From the NCBI GenBank assembly GCA_003650925.1, contig QMSP01000006.1, positions 18,971 to 82,970 on the forward strand: 64,000 nt of DNA. The letters run 5' to 3'. The translations under genes and the position numbers were made by a program. The stretch is from Thermoprotei archaeon. Its GTDB lineage: Archaea; Thermoproteota; Thermoprotei; QMSL01. Shown here in pieces: positions 63,182 through 64,000 of this stretch (position 1 is the first letter of the stretch; every line of letters begins with the position of its first letter). The notes below the pieces were generated by a model. It worked only from the letters and a program-made list of their open reading frames with translations. It made no database searches and was not told the origin of the DNA.

Positions 63182-63979
63182 TCATTTACTCACTGATATC
63201 CTCAGAGCAAGAGTTGCAGCTATGTAAAGTATTGGAATGGCTAAGCCTATGCACATCAGGACCACACCTAGCTGGAACTTCTCTAATGATATCTCTGAGA
63301 CAACTCTATATACATGAGCAGTTGGGTCTCTATAAGCATCTCTAACTACCTGGAACGGTACGTATACGCTCTCCTTATATACACGCCTAACAGCTACTCT
63401 GAGGTGCCTGATATATGCCGCCTCTGTGAACACGATCTCTAATTCAAAGGTTGCTGGCACATGCCCCGTTAGATCGTGCGAGAAACCACCAGCAACTACA
63501 TATCTATAACCATGTACAGCAGTTTCGTTCTTCACAATATCTAGCTTCAGGGCCTCACCAATATCTACCACCTTATGGCTGAGCTCAAAGTGGGAAGTAA
63601 GGTTCGCCAAGAACCTTACGCTTCCATTATTGTATACTTGGTAAAGATGAATCTTGAAAGGAGGGCGCTTCAAAACATGACCGCTGGGCGTGAAGAGCCC
63701 TGTCTTGATGCAGAGCATGTAGCCTATTGATAGGAGAAACCTCTCCTGCTCCTTCTGCCCTGGCTCCAGAGCGAAGCTGTACTTCAATACTTCGCCTGGA
63801 GCAGCAATTGTGTCCCCAATAGTCTTGCCGAACACTGTAACCTCATACACCTCAGTAATGTTTCCAGGCTCAACTATCTCAAAATGGTATTCTGGCACCC
63901 TAACCACGTCATAGCTTATCTCAACGCCTATCAACGTTAAATATACGCCAAATAGCATCAGAACTATTGAGATGAGCAT
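63182..63979 (-). CDS. Hypothetical protein with N- and C-terminal TM anchors
   Basis: Hydrophobic ends flanking a beta-rich soluble region. Confidence 0.6.
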   Translation of the reverse strand: MLISIVLMLFGVYLTLIGVEISYDVVRVPEYHFEIVEPGNITEVYEVTVFGKTIGDTIAAPGEVLKYSFALEPGQKEQERFLLSIGYMLCIKTGLFTPSGHVLKRPPFKIHLYQVYNNGSVRFLANLTSHFELSHKVVDIGEALKLDIVKNETAVHGYRYVVAGGFSHDLTGHVPATFELEIVFTEAAYIRHLRVAVRRVYKESVYVPFQVVRDAYRDPTAHVYRVVSEISLEKFQLGVVLMCIGLAIPILYIAATLALRISVSK

Positions 63980-64000
63980 GATTACAGTAAATAGTTGCAG

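Noticed and set aside
1-64000. CRISPR arrays, rRNA genes, transposases, inteins in rpoA/rfcS/rtcB/cdc6
   Set aside because: No repeat-spacer arrays or rRNA-like tracts seen; protein lengths are normal with no intein motifs

Overview
Archaeal (Thermoproteota/crenarchaeal-type) chromosomal segment. The first ~29 kb is a reshuffled transcription/translation core: rpoB(3' part)-rpoA1-rpoA2-rpl30e-nusA, rps12, rpoD, ribosomal proteins, mvk, fni, cbf5, EF-1alpha, tRNA-Ser, archease-rtcB, RFC, truA and cdc6. The rest is accessory metabolism, transport and regulation. The most striking feature is a ~1.9 kb cassette between nusA and rps12 carrying a free-standing HTH-LAGLIDADG endonuclease gene. Its N-terminal HTH is split by a 183-nt, stop-containing, highly structured insertion with a canonical K-turn, flanked by GGTT direct repeats; removing it restores a 277-aa ORF. 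Also visible are a 22-nt bulge-helix-bulge intron in the catalytic Asp codon of cbf5, an H/ACA-type guide RNA matching 16S rRNA, several C/D box sRNAs and an in-frame TGA in a GNAT-ABC ATPase gene. All calls come from reading the sequence and from recalled family motifs; no searches were run.
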